Source of the DNA: Marsupella aquatica
Lineage: Eukaryota; Plantae; Marchantiophyta
Direction of reading: 5' to 3'
Length of the DNA: 64,000 nucleotides
Assembly: GCA_973895155.1 (NCBI GenBank)
Contig: OZ316891.1
Location: 10,913,875-10,977,874 of the forward strand
In this document: in pieces, positions 25,190 to 34,289 of the stretch
How positions within the stretch are numbered: position 1 is the first letter of the stretch
Layout of the letters: each line of letters opens with the position of its first letter
Notes under the pieces: model-generated
What the model was told of the DNA's origin: nothing
The model's input: the letters and a program-made list of their open reading frames with translations, nothing else
Databases searched by the model: none
Position numbers and translations under genes: made by a program

Positions 25190-26080
25190 TCACCGTGGGC
25201 CGAAGGAAAATGTCCTGGGCCGCCACAAATGAACAGCTTTGTCATAGAACGAACAAGTTGCAACGAGGGTTTTCATCCCCATGGCTGTCTCCGAGCCGAG
25301 CGTTCTGCAGTCAACTGACAGACTTCCCTCGTGACCGTTATCTCTTTCTGTCACCCTGTCCCCTGTCAATTTCGGCTTAATTATCTCCGTCTCTTCTATT
25401 TCTGCTACATGCTGAAGTACCTGCTTGGCCTCTTCTGCACCCGAGTTTGTCAGATCTGAACAAGAAAATCTGCCATGGCCTTTGGCCGAGCCTTTGGCCT
25501 CCAAATCCCTTATCTGCATTCAACATCTCGAGAGCATTCCCCAAGTCACCTCGGCACCAACTTGCTCCATATGTCAGTGACGTATGTTCCTCGTACTGTT
25601 CAAGTACCTGGAATCCTCCTTCGACCACTTGTGCTATTGCAGCTCCACTATGCATGCAAGCTGCTAGAAGAACGTCCCTCCTAGTGGGATGCCATTTCAC
25701 TCTCCTACTCCTCCCCCGAGCCCCAATTCTGCTGTCATGAGTGGTTTCTGTGTCATTCTCAAATCGAACAACCTCGCCCTCTCATCATAGCTACCGGTAA
25801 CCAGCATATTCTCCCACAGCACATTGCTCTGAATGCTGGTAACACCCATGCTATGGGTTTTCCTGTCCCTAAATACTGGACAACTAGGATTCTCTCTCAG
25901 GTCCCAACAGCAAAATTGACAATCATCACAGAGAGGCACATGGAAGTGGAGACGCCCACATTAGCCTTTTCGTGAAGCTCCAACGTTGCAGGGTCAGAGC
26001 CCTCCTCTAATGTGTGAAGACACAAACTGCCATCAGCACTGGCCGGAGCTAAGGATGGAGGACCAGCCTCGTAAGGGTTT
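25190..26080 (-). pseudogene. DPH7: Diphthine methyltransferase (DPH7/WDR85) pseudogene, 5'-truncated
   Basis: Fragments ASADGSL..SMCLSV, DDCQFCCWDLR, HSMGVTSI, TGSYDE..RLFDLR, LGGGV/KWHP, LAACMHSG, HTSLTYGASW and ATCSFYDKAVHLW lie in different frames. There are frameshifts near 25705 and ~25500, an internal deletion near 25930 and no introns. Confidence 0.85.
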
Positions 26081-27296
26081 TTTTTTCTCTGGGGGGGCCA
26101 TCAAGTCTTTTTCTCCACTTTAGTTAGCCATGTGACAATTATATGGGCCGCTGTATCTCTCCCTAGACTTCATTCATTGTGAAACTTAAATGAACACTTT
26201 GTTAGGAGTAGTTCCTTATCGAGTTTTGATGAAATCTCCTATGTAGAACGCCTTCACTTAACTCACCTTTGAGTCCTTTAGTTTTGGAGCTTGCATTAGG
26301 CTTCTTATTTGGGTTGGTGTTTGTTCTCTTAGTTTGGACGGTTTGCTTGTACTTTTATCATTATTTCCTTTAGTCCTTTGCTCAAGTGGTGCCTCCCAGA
26401 GTAGATAGTTTGACTAGGCTGGTGGGCTCAATCCTGGCACAAAGAATGGAGTTTAGAGTCTGATTTGGCTCGATCCTGGCACAAAGAGCCATATCCTATT
26501 AAGATTCCATGATCATTCGCTTTTTCCCTTTTTGGTTTCTAAACTGTTTCAAGCTTTATTACTTCCAAAATTTGTTGCAGTAGAGACCGCAAACAAAATT
26601 TCACTTTTAGGGGTCATCGAAGCGATGTGTTCGAACTCGAAAACAGTCCAGAACATCTCCAGTGACATTGATCCATGCCTGGGCTGGTCTCGCTTTTTTG
26701 TTACTTAACCACGTACGCACTCATGTCAGCACCAGCCTTCAGGAAGGTTCACCTGCTGCTGCTTATAGTCCGGTAGCACGTTCGGAGTCACATATACCTC
26801 GAATGTTGACTGTCTCCTTTGCCTGTAGCGCCTGATAGAGCCTCCGAATGCCTATAAGTAGGTGCCGCTAGTACCTTATTTACTATGCTCGTTCTATTTT
26901 CCCTCAGAGATCTGAGTTCATCGTTTGACTGTTGTCCCTTATCCCAGATCAAAGGTGAATGCTTCGTTCGGTTTACGGTCCCATTCGTTTCGCCGCCGAA
27001 CGAATAGAGACTTTTTCACCAGGCAAGTGGGAATTACTTGTAAAGGTTGTTGTGTAGCGTCAATGTCTCAGTTGGTCTCACTTCTGCATCGACTTTAGTT
27101 CACCTGCGTTCACCACAGTTGACTTCATCCTCCCATCTCGTATGTTTTGCATCTGTTGCTCTTACATTTGTTGCCTGTCATCTTGACACGCTTTTGATTA
27201 TAGATAACTTCGTTATGTATGGATGCTTCGTTTCGATCCGGGAAGATCAGTCTAGTCAATAACAAGTCAGTTAGTCTGTCTTTTCAGTTAGTCGGG

Positions 27297-27565
27297 GTAA
27301 GCGCGGTGCTTGTGACGACTACATTGCAATCTCAAAGTCATAACTGAGCTCCAATCTTCAGATCTGTAAGCGTGGTGTTTGTAACGACTACATTGCGATC
27401 TCAAAGTCATCAACTGAGTTGCAGTCCTTCTGCTCTGTGAGCGCGGTGCTTGTGACGAATACATTGCAATCTCAAATTCTTATATCAATTGAGCTGCAAT
27501 CCTCAGATTTGTAAGAGCGGTGCTTGTGACGACTACATTGCAATCTCAAAGTCATCAACTGAGCT
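27297..27565. repeat. Four ~70-bp tandem repeats immediately 5' of the dirigent ATG
   Basis: Unit GTAAGCGCGGTGCTTGTGACGACTACATTGCAATCTCAAAGTCAT..AACTGAGCT starts at 27297, 27366, 27437 and 27511. Confidence 0.9.
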
Positions 27566-27572
27566 ACGAGCA

Positions 27573-28097
27573 ATGAGGTCCAGATCGAGTATGTCTGCTG
27601 GTCAGCGGGTGGTCCTTCTGCTGTGTTTCCTGCCCTCTCTTTTATCAGTCGGAGTTGAAGCTAAAATTAACGCACTGACCCTCTACGTGCACGAAGATCG
27701 ACAGGCGGGGCCGGCTGCCACATTGATTACCGTGTCGACAACTAGCGGAAACTTAAGCGAAGTAGGCTTCGGCACCATTCAAACTTTTAGCAACACCTTG
27801 AGAGCCGGACGTGAGAGCACGTCAGCACTTCTGGGTGTGGAACCTGGTTTCGCCATCGTTGGTACCCAAAACGTTTTCATCAATTACGTACTTACGCTCA
27901 GTACTCCGACCTACAACGGCACCTTATCTGTACAAGGGCAATTTGGATTCAACGTCTGGCCCAGAGAATTTGCGGTCGTTGGTGGAACTGGCGCCTTCCG
28001 ATTTGCCACTGGCTACGATCTCAGTTACATAGTCGACGAGTCTAATCTTGCAGATTATGTCACAGTCCATAAGATATACCTGAGATATGTGATATAA
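27573..28097 (+). CDS. Dirigent-like protein, single exon, with signal peptide
   Basis: Hydrophobic N-terminus (VVLLLCFLPSLLSVGVEA), then LTLYVHE, FGTIQTF, YNGTLSVQG and REFAVVGGTGAFRFATGY dirigent motifs. First ATG at 27573. Confidence 0.92.
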   Translation: MRSRSSMSAGQRVVLLLCFLPSLLSVGVEAKINALTLYVHEDRQAGPAATLITVSTTSGNLSEVGFGTIQTFSNTLRAGRESTSALLGVEPGFAIVGTQNVFINYVLTLSTPTYNGTLSVQGQFGFNVWPREFAVVGGTGAFRFATGYDLSYIVDESNLADYVTVHKIYLRYVI

Positions 28098-29168
28098 TCT
28101 ATTCGGTAGAAGGTACACAGCTAGTGCTGTAATTCGCTTGCAGTAATTCTCACAGACTTGTAGTTTAGACGGTTCGGCGACGTCTTCTACAGACAGCCAG
28201 TGGTGAGACTCGAAGAGCTGTTTTGATTTTCCTCAAGGTCTTAGTGCCATTCTAGAAGGCTACAGTATTGAAGTTGTCTGCAGCAGGAAGCAATGCAACA
28301 CAATTAGCCCATATTGTGAAATAACGTGCAATCATGATTTGAGGATCTTGAAATGTAGTTGGACTTTTTAATAATGAGCAGTGTCTGAAGACTGGGCTTT
28401 CAGAATTTGAAACTCAATAATGAAAAGAGCAAACTGCGCGTGTCCAATTGCAATCTCCAACACTATAAGTATCGCTGAGTGCGCGCGTTGTCTCGTGTTG
28501 GCATCTTCAATGAAGTTCCCTACTGAACAGTGACCCCGACAGAGACACACGGGATCTATACGAGAACTTTTAAGTAAGGTCCAATCTTCACCCCAAAGAA
28601 AATAAGAAAAAGACATTAGGATTCTAGCGAACATCTTAAGTATACTTTCGGGAAATTATTTCTACCGAGTCTACAGCATGAACACTCGTCCATTTCGTTT
28701 CTGATTCTGGACTACGACATTTTGTACCATGCATTGTGGTTTGCTCGCTGTACGATGGTTTTCAATGTCAGCAAGAAACTGCACTCTAAAATTGTTGATA
28801 AAACTATCTAGCATGACTAAGATACCGGAACAGCCAACGGGAAGCACATAAGTACTCGGGGAAAGGGCAAGGAGTGCAGGGGGCGACAAAGAGGCGCCGC
28901 ATAGTAGAAGAGCCCAAGAGAAGGGGCGAAAGCATCAGATGGATGCAACCTAGATCTAAAGGTAAGCAGCAAGGGACAGATGACGACAACGAACAGAAAG
29001 TGGGCCCGTATACTGAAGGGGAAAACAAGGTACTGAAGATCGTAGTTTCCAACACCCCCTCTCGATCTGAAGCCGCAGAAAACAAACGGGAGAGAGAGAG
29101 ATGATGCAGGTCAGCGAGAGTACCACTGTAGGTATAGTGCGGGAGTGCAGTGTACACATATGATGAAC

Positions 29169-32100
29169 CTAGATGAGAAGAGAGGACCTAGACCGAATGC
29201 CAAGGAAATCTCGATGCTTTTCAAAAATTTGCCGACAGACTTGTTTGGTGAAAATGTCAGCATGTTGGTCATCGGTGTTGATGTATTGTAAAGAGACTTC
29301 GCCTTCAAGAATCCTTTCACGTACAAAGTGGTGTTTGGCCTCAATGTGTTTGGTGCGAGCATGGAAGATCGGATTCAGAGCAAGTCGAATAGATCCTTGG
29401 TTATCGCAGTGTAAGTGTAGATCGTGAGAAGTAGGGATTGCAGCTTCGTGTAGGTCCTTGTGGATGGTGGCATTGTCGCATTGAACAGGAACGGTGACGT
29501 TGGAGGTATGTTGGAGCTCGCGAAGTAATCGACGTAGGTACACAGCTTCCTTAGTAGCCTCAGAGAGGGCCTTGTACTCAGCTTCGGTGGTGCTGTCCGA
29601 AATTGTGGGTTGTCGTTTGCTAGCCCAGGAGATAGGCCCAGAAGCCAGGGTGAAGACATAGCCAGCAGTAGAGCGCCGAGTATCGAGGCATCCAAGGTAG
29701 TCCGCATCAGTATATCCTGTGAGAAGAAGCTGAGAGGAGCGTTTGTAGTGGATCCCATAGTCGAGTGTCTTCTTAACGTACCGAAGGATGTGCTTGGCAG
29801 CTTCCAAGTGCTGCAAGTGAGGTTGAGACATAAAACGAGCCACCATACCAACTGAGTAGGATAGATCCGGTCGAGTGGTCGTAAGGAAGAGTAGTTTACC
29901 CACAAGGGTGCAATACTCTGAGCGGTCAACGGGAGCCGTGTTAGAGTTAGATTGAGTGGCGAATCCTTCTGGTAGAGGCGTGTGGGCAGGCCTGCATTCA
30001 GTCATATTGTAATCACGAAGAATCTGTTCGGCATAGGTGTGCTGGTGAAGAAGCATACCGTTTGCAGTCTTGGTGAACTCCACACCGAGATATTTGCGGA
30101 TTTCACCAAGATCCTTCATTTCGTACCGATTCTGAAGATTGAGCTTGATAGTGTCGATGAGTGCCAAATCATTGCCGGTAATAAGAAGGTCGTCCACGTA
30201 AAGGAGTAAGAGTACAATAGAGGACCCCTGAAATAAGTAATACAGGTTGGGGTCAGCATCGCTCCGAGTCCAACCTTGTTCGTGAAGGTACTTATCAATC
30301 TCTTGATACCATTCACGGGGGGATTGCTTCAGTCCATAGATGGATTTGTTGAGCCGGCAAACAAGGTGCTCCAATCCTTTACGAGCAAAGCCAGGCGGTT
30401 GTTGCATGAAAAGGAGCTCTTTAAGAGTCCCGTTAAGGAATGCAGTAACAACGTCCATATGACTGATAGGCCAACCAGATGCAACAGCAAGAGCGATAAC
30501 AGCACGAAGAGTTGACCAGCGAACGACGGGTGCAAAAGTGTCATTATAATCTATGCCAGGTTGCTGTTCAAGACCCCTAGCAACAAGACGAGCTTTAAGA
30601 CGTGCGCGCGTTGGATTATCGGCGTCATGGATAGGTTTAGATTTGTACAGCCATTTTGATGAAATTGCACGTCTCCCCGGGGGTAACTCCACAAGGTCCC
30701 ATGTCTCATTTTTAATCAAGCTGTCATATTCTTCCTGCATAGCACTGCACCAGCCAGGGTCTTGTATAGCATCACGGAAGGCAATAGTGTCACTAACAGG
30801 GTTAGCGGTTTCGATAATGCATAAGTCTACATCCTCCGGGATATGCATTTCATAGTCCCCACTACGAGCCCAGGCTGGAAGCTGCCTGGCCCTTGACCCG
30901 CGGCGTTTTGGTAGCGGATTAATCTGAACATTTGGAGCAAGGGTGGAGTTACAGGGCAGAGGAGGAGCCTCGTCGATGGTGGGGTCGACGTTGTGGACAT
31001 GAGTCCCACCGTGATTGCCAAGGTCAGCAACGTCCTTGATGGTGTTGTCATTGGGGAGCTGGGTCCCATCAAGATTGCTAGGGGCATCGTGAGCAGCATG
31101 GTCAAGAACATGATGTTCGTCCCCTTCTGGCTCAGAAGGAGCCTCAGTTGCCGGGAGAAGGTCAAGAAAAATGTCTGACTGGGCAGGAGGAGCACGAAAA
31201 TCTCCAGGGGAGTCTTCAATAAAGGTGACATTGGAGGAGATAAGGATCCGACGAGAGAGGGGGTCAAAACAGCGGTAGCCTTTGGTGTTGAGGTCATAAC
31301 CAATGAAGACAGAAGGGATAGCTCGCGAGCCAAATTTCCCATCGGACTTAGTAGGGAGGCGAACAAAAGCTGAGCAGCCAAGGACACGGAGGTGAGAGAG
31401 ATCAGGCTTCATACCATAGAGAGCCTCAAAGGGCGTCGAGAGATGAAGGGCCCGAGTGGAACATCGATTGAGAACATAGGTGGCAGCTTTGACTGCCTCA
31501 GGCCAGAGGAAGCGAGGATATTTACCCTCAACATATATACTCCTGGCGGCCTCAAGTAAAGTGCGATTTTTGCGTTCAGCTACCCCATTTTGGTGGGGGG
31601 TACTAGGGGCAGTCAGTTGACGGCGAATCCCGTGGTGGCTGCAGAACTCAATAAATTCTTGGGACAAGTATTCGCCACCTCGATCAGAGCGTAAACAGGA
31701 GAGCTTGGTGCCAAATTGATTTTCGGCAGCAGTTTTGAACGTCTTGAAGCAGCGGAAAGTCTCATGTTTGTGAGAGAGATAATAGACCCACGTAAAACGG
31801 GTAAAATCGTCGATGAAGGTCAAGATGTACTTGACGGGGGAGCTGGAGTGGATGGGTCCGCAAAGATCAGAATGCACCAGATCCAAAACACGTGATGTGC
31901 GTCGAATGGAGTGCTTGGGGACATTGTCACGATGAGTTTTGCCGAGGATACATGACGTACATTGCTTTTTCTGAAAGGAGAGCAAGGGAACACCAGTAAC
32001 GAGGTGTCGGGCAGTCATGTGATGTGCAGTTTGAAAGTTGAGATGAGCCAGACGCCGGTGCCATAAGTCGACAATGTCAGTCTCCACATTGGTGATGGTA

Positions 32101-33503
32101 TTCGCTTCATGTGTCAAACAAGGCGGAGGATAAGAGCCGGAGGACGACAGTTGATACAAACTGTTCCGCGGTGATCGAGATGCCTGGAGAAAGACGGATG
32201 ATGGGTTGTCTTTGTCAAACACTAAGCAAGACTTAGAGTCAAACAAAATAAGATGACCAGCATCGGCAAGTTTGCCCACAGACATAAGATTTTTGTGAAC
32301 ACCAGGCACGTAAAGAACATTGTTGATAGCTTTATTGTCAACATGAGCAGTGCCATTGCCAGCAATGGGCAAAGTGTTACCGCTAGCAGTGGTTACACCA
32401 GGACCAGAAGGGCCAGCCTGCTGGAAAGTCTCTAATGTTGAGCGATGTCCAGTGATGTGATTGCTAGCACCGGAGTCCATGTACCAATCTTGAGAGGTGT
32501 TTCTGAATTCGGTAAGGTTGGCAGCAATCTCTTCCTCGTGCATCTCTGGAAATGGATCAAAATCCTCAGGGTCTGGAGTGAACTCCGTGAGGTGTGCCTG
32601 GGGTTTGATTCGACGAAGGTTCCCTGCACGAATCATCAGCTGGGAGATTTGATCATCCAGCTTCTTCAGGTCGCACTCAACTTCCCAATGGCCAGATTTG
32701 CTGCAGTAGTTGCACGAGCCAGTCGTGCGACGTGGAACAGGAGCAGGCGGGTGACAGCGGTTGTCAGCAATGGATCCACGGTAGTCCCCTGGGCGAGAGG
32801 GTCGGTGAGAGACACGGCCTCTGACAGCAGGTCGAGAAAAGCGAGCGAGAAGGGCTTCTTCAGCAACTTCCTCTCGTTTCCCTTTCCTCCAGAAAGCCTC
32901 AGCCTGCATACGTTCCACAAGGGAGGAGAACTTGGGTGTATGGGTTCTAGATAAATCAGCGCCAAAGCTGGATACAAAGGGACCCCAGCTATGTGGTAAC
33001 CCGCCTAGAACAATGTGAATGAGACGGGAGTTGTCAACAGTGGCATTAATCGTGGAGAGTTGGGAAGTGATGCTTTCTACTTCCCTGAGGTAGTCTTCGA
33101 TGTTACTGCCTTCAGTCATCTTGACTTTATGCAGCTTCTGTTCGAGGAGAAGTCTGCGTTGGAGAAGGTCACCTCGAAAGCGCTGCTTGAAGTGCTGCCA
33201 GCAGGCAACAGGATCGTTGCCATATGAAGCAACGACATGGAGGAACTTGGTCTTGACGGTGGCCATCAGAATGGACTTGGCCTTGATGATCTTCTTCTTG
33301 CGTTCCTTGGGAGTGAGGACAATCTCATCCTCTACTGTAGCAACATTGGTTGTGTCAGTGTTGTCGCTGTCTTCGTCAGCGAACTTCAGTTCATCCCATA
33401 CCTCGTCTCGCTCGAGCAGGGTCTGGACTTGTAAGCTCCACGTGATGTGGTTGCTTTCTCCATCTAGCTTGTCAGCTTCACTGAATATTCTAGCTAGGTC
33501 CAT
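29169..33503 (-). CDS. Copia Gag-Pol polyprotein, 1444 aa (Gag, CCHC knuckle, protease, integrase, RT, RNase H)
   Basis: CNYCSKSGHWEVEC, WYMDSGAS, WHRRLAH...CTSC, HSDLCGP, RSDRGGEY, NGVAERKNR, TKGYRC, LYVDD, TDADY, TEAEY and CDN in Copia order. No stops or frameshifts. Confidence 0.97.
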   Translation of the reverse strand: MDLARIFSEADKLDGESNHITWSLQVQTLLERDEVWDELKFADEDSDNTDTTNVATVEDEIVLTPKERKKKIIKAKSILMATVKTKFLHVVASYGNDPVACWQHFKQRFRGDLLQRRLLLEQKLHKVKMTEGSNIEDYLREVESITSQLSTINATVDNSRLIHIVLGGLPHSWGPFVSSFGADLSRTHTPKFSSLVERMQAEAFWRKGKREEVAEEALLARFSRPAVRGRVSHRPSRPGDYRGSIADNRCHPPAPVPRRTTGSCNYCSKSGHWEVECDLKKLDDQISQLMIRAGNLRRIKPQAHLTEFTPDPEDFDPFPEMHEEEIAANLTEFRNTSQDWYMDSGASNHITGHRSTLETFQQAGPSGPGVTTASGNTLPIAGNGTAHVDNKAINNVLYVPGVHKNLMSVGKLADAGHLILFDSKSCLVFDKDNPSSVFLQASRSPRNSLYQLSSSGSYPPPCLTHEANTITNVETDIVDLWHRRLAHLNFQTAHHMTARHLVTGVPLLSFQKKQCTSCILGKTHRDNVPKHSIRRTSRVLDLVHSDLCGPIHSSSPVKYILTFIDDFTRFTWVYYLSHKHETFRCFKTFKTAAENQFGTKLSCLRSDRGGEYLSQEFIEFCSHHGIRRQLTAPSTPHQNGVAERKNRTLLEAARSIYVEGKYPRFLWPEAVKAATYVLNRCSTRALHLSTPFEALYGMKPDLSHLRVLGCSAFVRLPTKSDGKFGSRAIPSVFIGYDLNTKGYRCFDPLSRRILISSNVTFIEDSPGDFRAPPAQSDIFLDLLPATEAPSEPEGDEHHVLDHAAHDAPSNLDGTQLPNDNTIKDVADLGNHGGTHVHNVDPTIDEAPPLPCNSTLAPNVQINPLPKRRGSRARQLPAWARSGDYEMHIPEDVDLCIIETANPVSDTIAFRDAIQDPGWCSAMQEEYDSLIKNETWDLVELPPGRRAISSKWLYKSKPIHDADNPTRARLKARLVARGLEQQPGIDYNDTFAPVVRWSTLRAVIALAVASGWPISHMDVVTAFLNGTLKELLFMQQPPGFARKGLEHLVCRLNKSIYGLKQSPREWYQEIDKYLHEQGWTRSDADPNLYYLFQGSSIVLLLLYVDDLLITGNDLALIDTIKLNLQNRYEMKDLGEIRKYLGVEFTKTANGMLLHQHTYAEQILRDYNMTECRPAHTPLPEGFATQSNSNTAPVDRSEYCTLVGKLLFLTTTRPDLSYSVGMVARFMSQPHLQHLEAAKHILRYVKKTLDYGIHYKRSSQLLLTGYTDADYLGCLDTRRSTAGYVFTLASGPISWASKRQPTISDSTTEAEYKALSEATKEAVYLRRLLRELQHTSNVTVPVQCDNATIHKDLHEAAIPTSHDLHLHCDNQGSIRLALNPIFHARTKHIEAKHHFVRERILEGEVSLQYINTDDQHADIFTKQVCRQIFEKHRDFLGIRSRSSLLI

Positions 33504-33621
33504 GGCTAGATCACGTTGGGAACTCTCACCAACTGAAATAGACGGAGGGACAGGTCGCTCAAACTCAGAGAACTCTCATCTAAGTGTAGCGTTGGATCTT
33601 AGTCATGGGAGAGCTAACCTT

Positions 33622-33633
33622 GCTCTGATACCA
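33622..33633 (-). promoter_or_regulatory. Primer-binding site (initiator tRNA-Met) of the Copia element
   Basis: TGGTATCAGAGC on the minus strand directly after the 5' LTR. Confidence 0.93.
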
Positions 33634-34013
33634 TGTTGATAAAACTATCTAGCATGACTAAGATACCGGAACAGCCAACGGGAAGCACATAAGTACTCGG
33701 GGAAAGGGCAAGGAGTGCAGGGGGCGACAAAGAGGCGCCGCATAGTAGAAGAGCCCAAGAGAAGGGGCGAAAGCATCAGATGGATGCAACCTAGATCTAA
33801 AGGTAAGCAGCAAGGGACAGATGACGACAACGAACAGAAAGTGGGCCCGTATACTGAAGGGGAAAACAAGGTACTGAAGATCGTAGTTTCCAACAAAAAT
33901 CAGGTTCCCTTCGTGCTAAAATTTTGTCAAACCTGTCCTACGCACCAGCCAAGAACAATACAAGAGAGAAACTACATGAAGTAAAATCTCGCCACCTCAA
34001 GTTATAACTGGAG

Positions 34014-34150
34014 TGTTGGAAATGAACCACACTCGAACGAAGATGGATACAGCCACAAAGGGCCTGTAGTTCAGTGGTAGAGCACTACGATGTACACAGG
34101 AGGTCCCAGGTTCAATTCCTAGCCGGTCCATGCTGTTAATAGTTCCAACA
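34014..34150 (+). mobile_element. 137-bp solo-LTR/TRIM-like element containing a tRNA-like sequence
   Basis: Perfect 8-bp inverted termini TGTTGGAA/TTCCAACA and a 5-bp TSD TGGAG (34009-34013, 34151-34155). Uninserted single-TGGAG sites are present in sister repeat units at 34419 and 34524. Confidence 0.8.
34060..34130 (+). pseudogene. tRNA-like sequence, copy 1 (anticodon arm degenerate)
   Basis: A-box TAGTTCAGTGGTAGAGC, B-box GGTTCAATTCC and acceptor stem GGGCCTG/CCGGTCC-A (6/7 pairs). The anticodon stem does not pair and no oligo-T terminator follows. Confidence 0.75.
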
Positions 34151-34218
34151 TGGAGCAGTGCATTACAGCCGAACAACTTAGTTTGACTCACTCTCTGGAA
34201 AATATTGTATGACAATTC

Positions 34219-34289
34219 GGGCCTGTAGCTCAGTGGTAGAGCACTACGATGTACACAGGAGGTCCTAGGTTCAATTCCTAGCCAGTCCA
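34219..34289 (+). pseudogene. tRNA-like sequence, copy 2
   Basis: Perfect D stem GCTC/GAGC and T stem CTAGG/CCTAG, A and B boxes present, 159 bp downstream of copy 1. Confidence 0.75.

Larger units (their letters stand above)
28793..33895 (-). mobile_element. Intact Ty1/Copia LTR retrotransposon, 5103 bp
   Basis: 262-bp LTRs at 28793-29054 and 33634-33895 that read identical, TG...CA ends, TSD AAAAT (28788-28792, 33896-33900), PBS TGGTATCAGAGC (tRNA-iMet) and a purine tract next to the 3' LTR. Confidence 0.98.

Noticed and set aside
29173-33984. Antisense and LTR-spanning ORFs in the Copia element
   Set aside because: They are shadows of the Gag-Pol frame or chance ORFs duplicated with the LTR.
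34060-34289. Functional tRNA genes (Tyr-GTA or Val-TAC)
   Set aside because: The anticodon arm is one base short and unpaired, the acceptor stems have mismatches and there is no oligo-T terminator. The isotype cannot be assigned.
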